From assembly GCA_963837985.1 (NCBI GenBank), contig CAWIPN010000001.1, forward strand, positions 100,418 to 164,417: DNA of 64,000 bases, given 5' to 3'. The position numbers were made by a program, and so were the translations under genes. Position 1 is the first letter of the stretch. Each line of letters begins with the position of its first letter. This stretch comes from an uncultured Alphaproteobacteria bacterium (lineage in GTDB: Bacteria; Pseudomonadota; Alphaproteobacteria; Sphingomonadales; Sphingomonadaceae). The notes under the pieces were generated by a model, which saw nothing but the letters and a program-made list of their open reading frames with translations, had not been told where the DNA came from and made no database searches. This document shows, in pieces, positions 32,811 to 42,727 of the stretch.

Positions 32811-33788
32811 GTGTCCATGGCGAAACGATCGAAACCGGCAGTCCCAAGGTACAAGCGCAGGCGCAAGCGGGGAATCGTCGCGCGGCTGGTTGGCTGGATC
32901 GTTCGGCTGGCGCTCGCTTTCGTGGTCCTGTCGCTGCTCTGGGTGCTCGCCTACCGCTACGTCAATCCGCCGGTCACGATCACGATGATCGGCGACATGG
33001 TCGAAGGGCGCGGCGCAACACGCGACTGGATGCCGATCACCAAAATCGATCGCGACATGGTCCGCGCTGCGATCGGCGCGGAAGACAGCAAGTTCTGTTC
33101 GCATCACGGCTTCGACTGGGATGCGATCCAGGACGCCGCCAAGCGCAACGCCAGCGGCGGAAGGATTCGGGGCGGATCGACGATCAGCCAGCAAACCGCC
33201 AAGAACGCCTTCCTGTGGCAGGGCGGCGGCTATGCCCGCAAAGCCCTGGAGGCGTGGTTCACGCTTCTGATGGAGCAGATGTACCCCAAGCGCCGGATCA
33301 TGGAGCTCTACCTCAACCTCGCCGAGACGGGCATCGGGACCTATGGAGTCAATGCCGGCGCGCAGCGCTATTTCGGCCACGACGCAAGCGCCATGACGGC
33401 AACCGAGGCGGCGCGAATCGCGGCGGTCCTGCCGCTGCCCAAGAAGCGCGGCGCCATTGCTCCCAAGGGGTTCACCCGCCGCTACGGCAACAGCATCGCC
33501 GCGCGGATCGGCGTGGTCGGGCGTGACGGACTCGATTCGTGCGTTTACCGCGGCATCTCCGCGCCCGAGAAGAAGGCGCCGCCGAAAGTCAGCAAGAAGC
33601 CGCGGCCGCAGCCTGGCGCGGAATATGAAAGCGCGACCTCATCGCCGCCACCGCCGCCACCGCAGGCGCAAACGACCGCTCCAGAGCCTGCCGCAGAACA
33701 GCCGCAGGCGACGCCCGCCGAGCCCGTGGGCAATGCGCCTGCGAGCACTGTTTCGCCCGATCAGCCGTCCGCAACCAACACGATCTGA
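32811..33788 (+). CDS. mtgA: Monofunctional biosynthetic peptidoglycan transglycosylase
   Basis: AEDSKFCSHHGFDW, RGGSTISQQTAKNAFLW, RKALE, RIMELYLN; Pro/Ala-rich tail. Confidence 0.95.
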   Translation: MSMAKRSKPAVPRYKRRRKRGIVARLVGWIVRLALAFVVLSLLWVLAYRYVNPPVTITMIGDMVEGRGATRDWMPITKIDRDMVRAAIGAEDSKFCSHHGFDWDAIQDAAKRNASGGRIRGGSTISQQTAKNAFLWQGGGYARKALEAWFTLLMEQMYPKRRIMELYLNLAETGIGTYGVNAGAQRYFGHDASAMTATEAARIAAVLPLPKKRGAIAPKGFTRRYGNSIAARIGVVGRDGLDSCVYRGISAPEKKAPPKVSKKPRPQPGAEYESATSSPPPPPPQAQTTAPEPAAEQPQATPAEPVGNAPASTVSPDQPSATNTI

Positions 33789-33827
33789 CAAGAAGCCCGC
33801 GCCGAGCGGTGGCCCGAGGCCGGAGTG

Positions 33828-33853
33828 GGAACGCTGTCGCCCTGCATCTCGTT
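33828..33853 (+). promoter_or_regulatory. EcfG/sigmaT-type general-stress promoter
   Basis: GGAAC-N17-CGTT exact match upstream of hemerythrin gene. Confidence 0.7.
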
Positions 33854-33879
33854 GATTCAACAAAACAACGGAGATGCAA

Positions 33880-34497
33880 ATGACGACACGTTCGAAATCC
33901 AAGTCGCGCAGCCGCAACAGCAGTAAACAGGACAAGAGCGCCTTTTCGTGGGCATCGGACCACGCCGGCACCCTTGCGGGCGCGGCCGCGGCCGGCGCCG
34001 TTCTTGGCTTTGCCGCGCACTTCGGCCGCAAGGCCGTCATGCAGGGCATGGAGGCAAGCGCCGGCGACTGGGAAGCGATGCTGAAAAAGGACCACGACGA
34101 GATCCTCGGCATCTTCGACCAGATGCTCGCAACGGACAGCAGCCAGACGTTCAAGCGCAGCGCGCTGCTGATGAAGCTTGCCCACAAGCTCGACAAGCAT
34201 GCCTATGAGGAAGAGAACGTCATCTATCCCGCGCTTCGCGACGATAACGACACCAAGCAGGCCGACGATCTCGACATGGAGCACGGCCACATCAAGACGT
34301 TCATCTTCGAACTCAAGCAGATGGACGCCGATGCTCGCAACTGGCTCGAGAAGGTGCGCAATTTCCGCGACCTCGTTTCGGAGCATATCCGGATGGAAGA
34401 GGAGCAGGTGTTCCCCGCCTTCCGCGAGGACCTGAACGAGGACAAGAGCGCGAAGCTGACCATGATGGTCAACAAGGCGGGCTTCATGATGGCCTGA
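33880..34497 (+). CDS. Hemerythrin (HHE) domain protein with N-terminal hydrophobic segment
   Basis: DH..I, LDKHAYEEENVIYP, EH..IK, EHIRMEEEQVFP; CGGAGA RBS favours ATG 33880. Confidence 0.87.
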   Translation: MTTRSKSKSRSRNSSKQDKSAFSWASDHAGTLAGAAAAGAVLGFAAHFGRKAVMQGMEASAGDWEAMLKKDHDEILGIFDQMLATDSSQTFKRSALLMKLAHKLDKHAYEEENVIYPALRDDNDTKQADDLDMEHGHIKTFIFELKQMDADARNWLEKVRNFRDLVSEHIRMEEEQVFPAFREDLNEDKSAKLTMMVNKAGFMMA

Positions 34498-34518
34498 CCG
34501 CCGCGGCGCTGGTAAGGC

Positions 34519-37500
34519 CTATCCGACCAGCGCCAGCCTCGGCGGCTCCTGGACGGACAACTCCACATTGCCCTCGCCGGCGATCCGCTCGATCCGCGCC
34601 GCAAGTTCCGCGTCGAGAGCAAAGTCGCGGCCGGCGACAACGGTCGCCTCGCCCCCGCCTTCGAGAGGCAGGCGAAATCGAACCGCGCCGTTGCTTGCCC
34701 GCCGCGAGCATAGTTCGGCCGCGACCGCTCCGATGCAGGACGCATCGGCGATCGTCACCACCATCTGCAGGCGCGTTCTCTTCGCGAGCGACTCGATCGG
34801 CTGGAACCGCTTGATCGCCAGCCTTGGCAGGTCGTCCCCGGATTTCTTGTCGAGCTCGACTGAAATCAGTCCGCACGCCCCCGTCTCCGCCGCCTTTTGA
34901 AGCGCCTCGATCGGCTCGTCGTCGAACGCCGTCGCCTGGAACTGGCCCGACGGATCGCTCAGCGCAGCGGTCAGGAAACGGCGCCCCTTGGCCGACGTCC
35001 TCCAGCGCGCGTCCTCAACCATCGCCGCGATCGTCACTGTTACCCGCTCTCCCTCCCCGATCCGTACGTCCGCCAGTTCGTCGAAGCGTTTCACCTTGTG
35101 CGCCGCCAGCAGGTGCTGGTGCGTGTCGACGGGATGGCCGGAGAAATAGAAGCCGAAGGAATCCCGCTCGGCCGTCATCCTTTCGGCAAGAGACCAGTGG
35201 GATTCGGGAAGCCGGATCGGCGGGACGCTGGAATCCGCCGAGCCGAACAGCCCGTGCTGACCGCTTTCCCTCTGATCGGCGGCGCTTGCCGAATGGGCGA
35301 GGATGGTGTCGGCAGCGGCAAAGACCGAAGCCCTGTTCGACTCCAGGCAATCGAACGCTCCGCCGCCGGCGAGGCTTTCGATCTGACGCCTGTTGAGAAG
35401 CCTGGGTTCGACCCTGTCGGCGAACTGGTCGAGCGAGCTGAAGCGCCCGTTCGACTCGCGCTCTGCAACCACGACCTCCATCGCCTTTTCGCCGACGCCC
35501 TTGAGCGCCCCGAGCGCATAGCGGACCGCCCCCTCCTCGACTGTGAAGAAGGCGTCGCTCGAGTTGATGCACGGCGGCAGGCAATCGACCCCACCCCGGC
35601 GCATGTCCTCCACGAACAGCGCGAGCTTGTCCGTCTGGGCCATGTCGAAGCTCATGGAGGCGGCGTAGAATTCGGGCCGGTGGTGCGCCTTCAGCCAGGC
35701 CGTCTGGTAGGCGACGAGAGCATAAGCGGCCGCGTGGCTTTTGTTGAAGCCGTAGCCTGCGAACTTGTCGATCAAGTCGAACAGTTCGTTCGCCTTGGCC
35801 GCAGGAATGGCGTTGTGAGTCGCGCATCCTTCCACGAACGTCGCGCGCTGCGCGTCCATCTCGCTCTGGATTTTCTTGCCCATGGCGCGGCGCAGGAGGT
35901 CGGCGCTTCCAAGCGAGTAGCCCGCAAGCACCTGCGCGGCCTGCATTACCTGTTCCTGGTAGACGAAGATCCCGTAGGTTTCCCTGAGAATTTCTTCCAG
36001 GAGCGGGTGCGGATATTCGATCTTCGCGCGCCCGTTCTTGCGGTCGCCGAACATCGGAATGTTATCCATAGGACCGGGCCGGTAGAGAGCGACAAGCGCG
36101 ATGATGTCGCCGAAGCCGGTGGGGCGGACCGCCGAAAGCGTGCGCCGCATACCTTCCGATTCCAGCTGGAAAACACCGACGGTGTCGCCCCGCTGGAGGA
36201 GTTCGTAGACCGCCGGATCGTCGAGCGGGATCGAGGCGAGGTCGATCTCCACCGCCCGTTCTTCCAGCAGCCGCTGCCCCTCCTTGAGCACGGACAGCGT
36301 CTTCAGGCCCAGGAAGTCGAACTTCACCAGCCCCGCGGCTTCGACATATTTCATGTCGAACTGCGTAACCGGCATGTCGGAGCGCGGATCGCGGTAGAGC
36401 GGGACCAGCTCGTCGAGCGAGCGGTCACCGATGACCACGCCCGCCGCATGGGTGGAGGCGTGCCTGGGCAACCCTTCCAGCTTCATCGCCAGGTCGAACA
36501 GCCGCTTGACGTCGGCCTCGCCCTTGTACTCGGCGGCGAGCTCGGAAACCCCGTTCAACGACCGTTCGAGAGTCCACGGATCGGTCGGATGGTTGGGAAT
36601 GAGCTTGGCCAGCCGGTCGACCTGTCCGTAGCTCATCTGCAGGACTCGGCCCGTGTCCTTGAGGACCGCCCTCGCCTTCAGGCGCCCGAACGTGATGATC
36701 TGCGCAACCTTGTCGCGGCCGTACTTCGCCTGGACGTAAGCGATGACCCGGTCGCGATGGGTTTCGCAAAAGTCGATGTCGAAGTCGGGCATCGACACGC
36801 GCTCCGGATTGAGGAAACGCTCGAACAGCAGGTTCAGCTCGATCGGGTCGAGATCCGTGATAGTCAGGGCCCAGGCGACGACGGAGCCCGCGCCAGACCC
36901 GCGGCCGGGTCCCACCGGGATCCCGTTCGCCTTCGCCCATTTGATGAAGTCGGCGACGATCAGGAAGTAACCCGCGAACCCCATGTTGATGATGATTTCG
37001 AGCTCGTAGTCGAGCCGTTCGCGATAGCGTTTCAGCTCGTCGCTACCGCGCCCGTCGAGCCTTGCCTGGAGGCCAGCCAGAGCATCGCGCCGAAGCTGCT
37101 CGTCCTCGGCGTCGCTCAGGCTCGGGAGGATCGGCCGCCGCTTGGGCGCACCGACGGCGCAGCGCTGGGCGATGACGGCGGTATTGGCGATCGCTTCGGG
37201 AATATCCGCGAACAGCTCCGCCATCATCGGTCCGCTCTTGAGCCACGCCTCTGGCGATGAGGTCGCGCTCCGCTCCGAGCTTTCGACATATTCGCCCGCC
37301 GCGATGCATAGCATTGCGTCATGGGCGGCGTGGAAGGACGGATCGACGTAAGACGCCGGGTTGGTGGCCACCAGCGGAAGGTCGCGATCATAGGCAAGCG
37401 CGATCAGCGCCTCCTCCGCCGCCTCTTCGACGCGGTCGTTGCGGCGGATCAGCTCGATATACAGCCGGCGCTCGAACTGACCCTGAAGCTGGTCCAGATA

Positions 37501-37959
37501 CTGGGCGGCTTTCCTGTCCTGCTCTTCGGCGAGGAATCGGGCCAGCGCCCCCTCCCCTCCCGCAGTCATCGCGATCAGCCCCCCGCTCAGCGAGGCGAGC
37601 TTCTCAAACGCCACGTGCGGCTGCTGTTCGAGCGGCCGGTCGAGATGGGCCGCCGAGACCAGCTTGCACAGGTTGGCGTAGCCCTCGTCGTCCTTGGCGA
37701 GCAAAGCGAGCCAGTCGATGCCCTCGCCCAGCGACGGCGGCCGGGCGACCGCGAGCATCGTCCCGATCACCGGCTGGACGCCCTTTTCCATGCACGCCGA
37801 AGTGAAAGGCATGGCCGCGTAGAGCCCGTTGCGGTCGGTCAGCGCGACGGCCGGGAAACCGAGCTTCACCGCCTGGGCAGCGATGGCCTTCGGCTCCATC
37901 GCACCTTCGAGCATGGTGAAGCAGGAGAAGACTCGAAGCGGGACGTACGGCGCAGTCAC
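34519..37959 (-). CDS. dnaE: DNA polymerase III alpha subunit
   Basis: PHP domain (ALTD), GPGRGSGAGS, FERFLNPERVSMPDFDIDF, KFDFLGL, YGFNKSHAAAY; GTG start 37959; no intein-sized insert. Confidence 0.97.
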   Translation of the reverse strand: MTAPYVPLRVFSCFTMLEGAMEPKAIAAQAVKLGFPAVALTDRNGLYAAMPFTSACMEKGVQPVIGTMLAVARPPSLGEGIDWLALLAKDDEGYANLCKLVSAAHLDRPLEQQPHVAFEKLASLSGGLIAMTAGGEGALARFLAEEQDRKAAQYLDQLQGQFERRLYIELIRRNDRVEEAAEEALIALAYDRDLPLVATNPASYVDPSFHAAHDAMLCIAAGEYVESSERSATSSPEAWLKSGPMMAELFADIPEAIANTAVIAQRCAVGAPKRRPILPSLSDAEDEQLRRDALAGLQARLDGRGSDELKRYRERLDYELEIIINMGFAGYFLIVADFIKWAKANGIPVGPGRGSGAGSVVAWALTITDLDPIELNLLFERFLNPERVSMPDFDIDFCETHRDRVIAYVQAKYGRDKVAQIITFGRLKARAVLKDTGRVLQMSYGQVDRLAKLIPNHPTDPWTLERSLNGVSELAAEYKGEADVKRLFDLAMKLEGLPRHASTHAAGVVIGDRSLDELVPLYRDPRSDMPVTQFDMKYVEAAGLVKFDFLGLKTLSVLKEGQRLLEERAVEIDLASIPLDDPAVYELLQRGDTVGVFQLESEGMRRTLSAVRPTGFGDIIALVALYRPGPMDNIPMFGDRKNGRAKIEYPHPLLEEILRETYGIFVYQEQVMQAAQVLAGYSLGSADLLRRAMGKKIQSEMDAQRATFVEGCATHNAIPAAKANELFDLIDKFAGYGFNKSHAAAYALVAYQTAWLKAHHRPEFYAASMSFDMAQTDKLALFVEDMRRGGVDCLPPCINSSDAFFTVEEGAVRYALGALKGVGEKAMEVVVAERESNGRFSSLDQFADRVEPRLLNRRQIESLAGGGAFDCLESNRASVFAAADTILAHSASAADQRESGQHGLFGSADSSVPPIRLPESHWSLAERMTAERDSFGFYFSGHPVDTHQHLLAAHKVKRFDELADVRIGEGERVTVTIAAMVEDARWRTSAKGRRFLTAALSDPSGQFQATAFDDEPIEALQKAAETGACGLISVELDKKSGDDLPRLAIKRFQPIESLAKRTRLQMVVTIADASCIGAVAAELCSRRASNGAVRFRLPLEGGGEATVVAGRDFALDAELAARIERIAGEGNVELSVQEPPRLALVG

Positions 37960-38008
37960 CGCGTCACTATGGCACGACCGGCCCGGGATTGAAGCCGGCG
38001 CCACGCGC

Positions 38009-38017
38009 TTTTCCACA
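38009..38017 (+). promoter_or_regulatory. DnaA-box-like 9-mer upstream of dnaE
   Basis: TTTTCCACA matches TTWTNCACA. Confidence 0.4.
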
Positions 38018-38182
38018 GCTAGTTCGTGCGCAACACGGTGGCGCTTGACTGTTTCAATTTGTGTCAACCGATTGTCGTTAACCAATTTCTTGGTGACTCT
38101 GGCAGGATCGCGTGGAATCATGCGCGGGTAGCTGACGAGTGGGTGGCGGCGGCTGCAGTGGTGAACCAGGGGGCGTCACGCA

Positions 38183-38854
38183 ATGTATTCAGGTGCACTC
38201 GCCAGCCCGTCGGGCATTGGCGCAGAAGTCGGTCGTAATTCACGCACAACCCAATTCGAACCAGAATCAACCCGCAACCGGTCGGTCAGCAACTGCGACG
38301 TTCGCGGCCTTCCCTTTCTTTTTCCGCGCGGCGGGTGCCGTCTCGTCATCGACGCAAACGCGCGAATCCTGTGGTCGAGCGAGGGCGAGAACATTCTCGG
38401 CCGCGCCAATGGCTGCATCGCGGTCATGGATGGCCGGATCGTCGGGCGCACGCGCCACAGCGAGCGGCTGCTCAAGGGGCTGCTGGCCGATTGCAGGACC
38501 GCCGATCGGCCAACTCAGCAGCTTCTTTCCAGGGCCGCAAACGAGCTGCCCGAACTACTGGTAACCGCGCGGAGCTCGTCGAGGCCCGAATCCGACGTCA
38601 TTGCCCTGACGTTTCGCGAGCTTGCCGGAGAACTCGACGGCATTCCCGATCTCACTCGCCTGTACGGCCTGACGCCCACCGAGCATCAGATCACGGGGCT
38701 GATGCTCCAGGGCATGTCGGTGACGGCAATCGCGGAGGAGCTGAACAATTCCGTGCTGACGGTCCGTACGCACATCAAGCGCGCCTACGTGAAGCTGAAC
38801 GTCAGCTCGAAGGAGCAGCTCTTCTCGACCATCGTCAAGCTGATGGTCGGCTAA
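38183..38854 (+). CDS. LuxR-type HTH transcriptional regulator
   Basis: C-terminal LTPTEHQI..LMLQG.S...IAEELNNSVLTVRTHIKRAYVKLNVSSK; PAS-like middle; no REC domain. Confidence 0.9.
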   Translation: MYSGALASPSGIGAEVGRNSRTTQFEPESTRNRSVSNCDVRGLPFLFPRGGCRLVIDANARILWSSEGENILGRANGCIAVMDGRIVGRTRHSERLLKGLLADCRTADRPTQQLLSRAANELPELLVTARSSSRPESDVIALTFRELAGELDGIPDLTRLYGLTPTEHQITGLMLQGMSVTAIAEELNNSVLTVRTHIKRAYVKLNVSSKEQLFSTIVKLMVG

Positions 38855-38889
38855 CGCGCCGAGGCGGATGCCACCCCGGCGTTGCGCCC

Positions 38890-39330
38890 TCAATCGGACA
38901 AAACCGAGACGGTCAGCGTATTCAGAAGCGCATCCCGCTCCGCAGGCGTGGGATGAGGCAGTGTAATCGTCATCAGACCGCTCTGGTCGACCGGGCCGCT
39001 GTATCGAAAGCTCATCTCCGAATCCGTCGTCTGGTCCGGCTGCTTGCCCGCATAGTCCGTCTTCGTGTGCGTAAGGTCGGCACCTGCGCCCTTGTTCACG
39101 TGAAGAAGGAGCGTGTGCCCCTTGTTGCAGCCGTGATCTATGAACAGCGTGATTTTCAAGTCCTGGTCGGGCGTGACCTGGAGATCGTGGATCCGCGCGT
39201 TGCACTTGGCCTCGAGCGTCCCGGACAGCGGGATTTTCACCGAGGTCTGGGCGGTCGCGTCCGTCGATGCCGCCGCAGCGAGCAAGAGCGTCACCGCAGT
39301 AGCGAGAGTTGAACTGCGAACGGTCATCAT
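38890..39330 (-). CDS. Secreted minor pilin-like subunit
   Basis: Signal peptide, then QTSVKIPLSGTLEAKC (matches major pilin N-terminus), two Cys; last gene of pilus operon. Confidence 0.65.
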   Translation of the reverse strand: MMTVRSSTLATAVTLLLAAAASTDATAQTSVKIPLSGTLEAKCNARIHDLQVTPDQDLKITLFIDHGCNKGHTLLLHVNKGAGADLTHTKTDYAGKQPDQTTDSEMSFRYSGPVDQSGLMTITLPHPTPAERDALLNTLTVSVLSD

Positions 39331-40265
39331 TTTGGCTCCACTGTCACGGTGATAACATCTTCGTACTGGCCGGCGACCCTTCCGCGAACGTCGAGAATGC
39401 GAGCGGCTATCCGGTAGTTGTCGGCTCCCAGACCGTGCGTGGTCGAACGGTCTATGCGCTTCGCACCCGTGCTGAGATCGACTGTCTGGTTGTCGATTGT
39501 GAGCGAGTAGGGAATTCCCGGGACGCCGGTGCCTTCGAAGCGATGGCGCATTTGGCTCCGAAATTCCGATGAAAGCGTCAGCATGACGGGCGACGTGGCG
39601 CGGACCTGGATGTAGGCGTCGCGCTCTTCCCCTTGTTCAAGCTGACCGAAATCCAGGCCGCTACCGCTGATCCCGCCAAATATCGGCGAGCTACTCCCGG
39701 CAAGGTTGATTTGCGCACGCGCCGGAATGTCGACGAGAATCGACACGATCTGATCCTCTCCGGTTTGCTCCGGCACGCCATTCACCACACGGAACAGCCG
39801 AACGGTAATATCGTCGCGATACGTACCGGCAGGCGCGAACTGTCCCGCAGGCACGATTACCTTCACCGTCTCCACGGGGGAGCCGCGCTGGATGTCCGCG
39901 CCCTTGGGTCCGTTTCCGGGATTGGGCGTAATGACCGCCGTCGGCAGGTTGAGGTCGTTTCGAACGTTCCCGCCGCGAAATTCGAGTTCGTATTCGAGCG
40001 TATGCCCATTGCCCTGCAGAAAGCGTTGGGTGCTCGTTCCCAAGCCGCCCAGCGCAAGGCCGAAGCTGCACCCTTTCATCCGGGGCGTGAACATCAGTTC
40101 GAACTGCTCCGTCTCCCGGACGTTCTCGAAGGGGTCGTAAATCAGCCGGACCATGGTCGAATCCGGACGCACACGTATGAAGCAGTTGTCCGGCGGCACG
40201 TCCGCCAAGGCGGGAGAGGCCACAAAGAGTAGCGACAGCCAAGCGGCCGCGATCGTAGTCTTCAT
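39327..40265 (-). CDS. Two-domain fimbrial tip adhesin-like protein (spore coat U-like domains)
   Basis: Signal peptide; repeated domain ends PAGTYRDDITV and AGQYEDVITVTV; LDFG.L motif; ATGA coupling to usher. Confidence 0.65.
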   Translation of the reverse strand: MKTTIAAAWLSLLFVASPALADVPPDNCFIRVRPDSTMVRLIYDPFENVRETEQFELMFTPRMKGCSFGLALGGLGTSTQRFLQGNGHTLEYELEFRGGNVRNDLNLPTAVITPNPGNGPKGADIQRGSPVETVKVIVPAGQFAPAGTYRDDITVRLFRVVNGVPEQTGEDQIVSILVDIPARAQINLAGSSSPIFGGISGSGLDFGQLEQGEERDAYIQVRATSPVMLTLSSEFRSQMRHRFEGTGVPGIPYSLTIDNQTVDLSTGAKRIDRSTTHGLGADNYRIAARILDVRGRVAGQYEDVITVTVEPK

Positions 40266-42727
40266 TGTTCTTTCCCCGCCTTTGCGACCACCCGTCCGAC
40301 TTCCACGATTCCCTCACGGGACTCCGGAACGACGATGTCTGTGGTCAAATCATCCGGTCCGATCCGGATGCGGTAACGCCCTGGTGCGAGGCCGGTCGCG
40401 ACGAACCGGCCCGCCTTGTTGGTGAATATCTGGGTCTTGGTCTTCTTCGGCTTGTCGAGCCATTCGACGGAGCCGACTGCCAGGCCCACGGGGGTTCCGT
40501 CAGCGCCCACGAGGTTCCCCTGCACCGTCCGGTTCTCATCGGATCCGACTTGCGCGAGATAGCCGGTCGCCGGGCCGGGCATCAGCTCGTAGTAAGACTT
40601 GCCCGGGTCGTAACCGTCAGGGAGGTCGACCGCGCGCAACGTGACCTTCCTTGGCGCGTGCGGACCGCCCGCCGGGGCGAGCGCCGGGCCGAACCACCCG
40701 GAACGGGCGATGATCTTCTCGTCCTCGATGCCCTGTGTCACGAGCACGTCGCTGTCGAGTGTGCGATGCGGATAGGCCAGGAGGAAATTGGAGCCCACGG
40801 GCCGCCCGAGGGCGAACCTGCCGCCCGCAAATGCAAGCTCGGTCGCGATTGAATAGGAGCTGCGCTGTTCGATGTTGCTACCGTTGCGGTCAGCAGTGAC
40901 GTCGTGGCGAACGGCTAGGAAGGCGCGGTTCGCATTGTAGGTCAACTCACCGGAGCCATCGAGGCCGTCATGACCACGGCTGAACACAGCGCGATATCCA
41001 AAGTCGCTCAGGCTGTTGTCGCGGAAGCGGGAAAGCTCGAACTGCGCCGTTCCCGCCCTGCTGTCATAGGACGAACGGCTGTTTCGACGCGGCCCGAGAG
41101 ACCGTCCGAACGTGATGAAGAAGCGCGACGCCGCGCCCTCGTCGGTTCGTGACCGCTCGACATTGGCGCTGACGCTGAATCCCGCCAGCTGAACCGAAAC
41201 GGAGGCGCCATAGGAATAAAGGGCGGGACGGTCTGCCCTGCGCGTCGTCACCAGGCCGAACAGGCCAATTCCGAACCGCTTGAAAACACTGGCCGAGATT
41301 CGGCTGCGCAGGTCGAACTTGCTGAGGTCGCTGCCCGGGATGTCGCCCAACGCAACGAAATTCTTCGACTTTGTTCCGACCTCCACATCCACGGTGGGAT
41401 TGTAAATCGGGCCGAAGCCGCTGCCGCCGATCTGGTAGCTCAGCAGCAGTTGGTGGCCCATTCCGGCGACCTCGTCGCGGGACATCGCCGCGGCCAGCGC
41501 GAATGTACCGAACTTGCTCGCCCAGCCGGCGCTCACGCCCGCCATCGCCTGGTGCTTGTCGGCCTGGAAATCGGCGCCCGCGGTGAGCGTCTGGGTTATC
41601 CCACGGCGATAGTAGCCCGTCACCGTCGGACTTCCCGAATAAGTGATCAGCCCGTCGTCGTTCCGAAGCTGCGGAACGCCCGCGTAGAACCCGAACTCCG
41701 ACAGTCCGGGGTCGAGCAGGTTGAAATTGAAGAACTGCGAAAAGGACGCGATCAGCCGCCGCCCATAGTCGTCGACGACGTAAATCTCGATCTTGTTCAG
41801 CCCGGACGCGAAGTTGAAGTCGCGGACGTCGTACTGCCCCCGCTCGAGCCGGTAAGCTCTCGTCGGAGCGCCGTTGACGAGGATTTCCACCGTCGCCGCT
41901 TGCTCGAGAGCGAATTTGAACAGGCCCGCCGGGCGCACGTTCCGGTACGGCTGCAGCTCCGAATAATTCTTCTCGATGCCGATGCCCCCGATCGGAGCCC
42001 CGCCCTGGAACCCCGTGGTCGTGGGCGAGATGTCGCCTGCGAGATAGCGCATGGCGGTGTCGCGATTTTCGTGGGTCAGCGTGATTGCACCGCGTCGAAA
42101 CCGCCGCCGCTCGCTGCCGTCGTAATAGGTCTCGGCGAACAGGTTGAACCCGTTTTCCCCGCCGAGATTGAACGCCGTCTGGTTGGCGACCTTCACCGGC
42201 TCGAACGTGCTGAACAGCCCGTTGTCGTGGGACACCGCCTGGCTCAGGCTCAGAATCGAGGAGCCGGAGAACGCCGCCGGCTGGTCGAACTTGGTGGAGT
42301 CGATTTCCGGACCGGAGACGACCTCGATCGACCGGGCACCCTGCTCCTTCAGCGGGATCGAGGCATGGATTTCCAGCGTCTCGGGATTGTATTCGACCTT
42401 GACTCCGGCCTCGTTCAGAATCGTCGCCGGGACCATTCCGCCCGCCGCTTCCGGCGCCGCGATTTTCGCCTTGGTTTCGGGTTTGAGCCGGTCGCCCATC
42501 AACCGGACGAAATCGTCGTAGTTGACGGAGAAGCGGTCGCCATCGGTCACTTCGGCGGCGATGTCGCCCAGGTAGCTGCCGGAAAAGATCAGCGGCAGGT
42601 TGATTCGCGTGGCGGCCTGCGGGGGGCGCTCGGGCGCCACCTGCGCGAATGCCGGCATTGGTGCAGCCATCGCCAGCACCAGAGGAATGGCGCTGCGGGT
42701 CAGCAGGTGCCGTGAACGGGCCCTCAT
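40262..42727 (-). CDS. Fimbrial outer-membrane usher
   Basis: 821 aa, signal peptide, beta-barrel pattern, GDI.P..TGFQ....GGIGIEKNY, ATVEILVNG....YRLE.GQYDVRDF..SGLN.I, YYRRGIT..LTAG. Confidence 0.88.
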   Translation of the reverse strand: MRARSRHLLTRSAIPLVLAMAAPMPAFAQVAPERPPQAATRINLPLIFSGSYLGDIAAEVTDGDRFSVNYDDFVRLMGDRLKPETKAKIAAPEAAGGMVPATILNEAGVKVEYNPETLEIHASIPLKEQGARSIEVVSGPEIDSTKFDQPAAFSGSSILSLSQAVSHDNGLFSTFEPVKVANQTAFNLGGENGFNLFAETYYDGSERRRFRRGAITLTHENRDTAMRYLAGDISPTTTGFQGGAPIGGIGIEKNYSELQPYRNVRPAGLFKFALEQAATVEILVNGAPTRAYRLERGQYDVRDFNFASGLNKIEIYVVDDYGRRLIASFSQFFNFNLLDPGLSEFGFYAGVPQLRNDDGLITYSGSPTVTGYYRRGITQTLTAGADFQADKHQAMAGVSAGWASKFGTFALAAAMSRDEVAGMGHQLLLSYQIGGSGFGPIYNPTVDVEVGTKSKNFVALGDIPGSDLSKFDLRSRISASVFKRFGIGLFGLVTTRRADRPALYSYGASVSVQLAGFSVSANVERSRTDEGAASRFFITFGRSLGPRRNSRSSYDSRAGTAQFELSRFRDNSLSDFGYRAVFSRGHDGLDGSGELTYNANRAFLAVRHDVTADRNGSNIEQRSSYSIATELAFAGGRFALGRPVGSNFLLAYPHRTLDSDVLVTQGIEDEKIIARSGWFGPALAPAGGPHAPRKVTLRAVDLPDGYDPGKSYYELMPGPATGYLAQVGSDENRTVQGNLVGADGTPVGLAVGSVEWLDKPKKTKTQIFTNKAGRFVATGLAPGRYRIRIGPDDLTTDIVVPESREGIVEVGRVVAKAGKEQ

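Noticed and set aside
33560-33788. Extra domain at the MtgA C-terminus
   Set aside because: Low-complexity Pro/Ala/Gln tail without recognisable fold.
34897-37260. Long antisense and alternate-frame ORFs (787 aa here; also 46302..48374, 18240..20444, 16454..18274 N-terminal part, 52833..54876, 41450..42715)
   Set aside because: Arg/Ala/Pro-rich shadows expected from high GC3 codon bias opposite or overlapping well-supported genes; no motifs or RBS.
34519-37959. Intein or insertion in dnaE
   Set aside because: Length (~1146 aa) is normal and motifs are contiguous; no splicing or homing endonuclease motifs.
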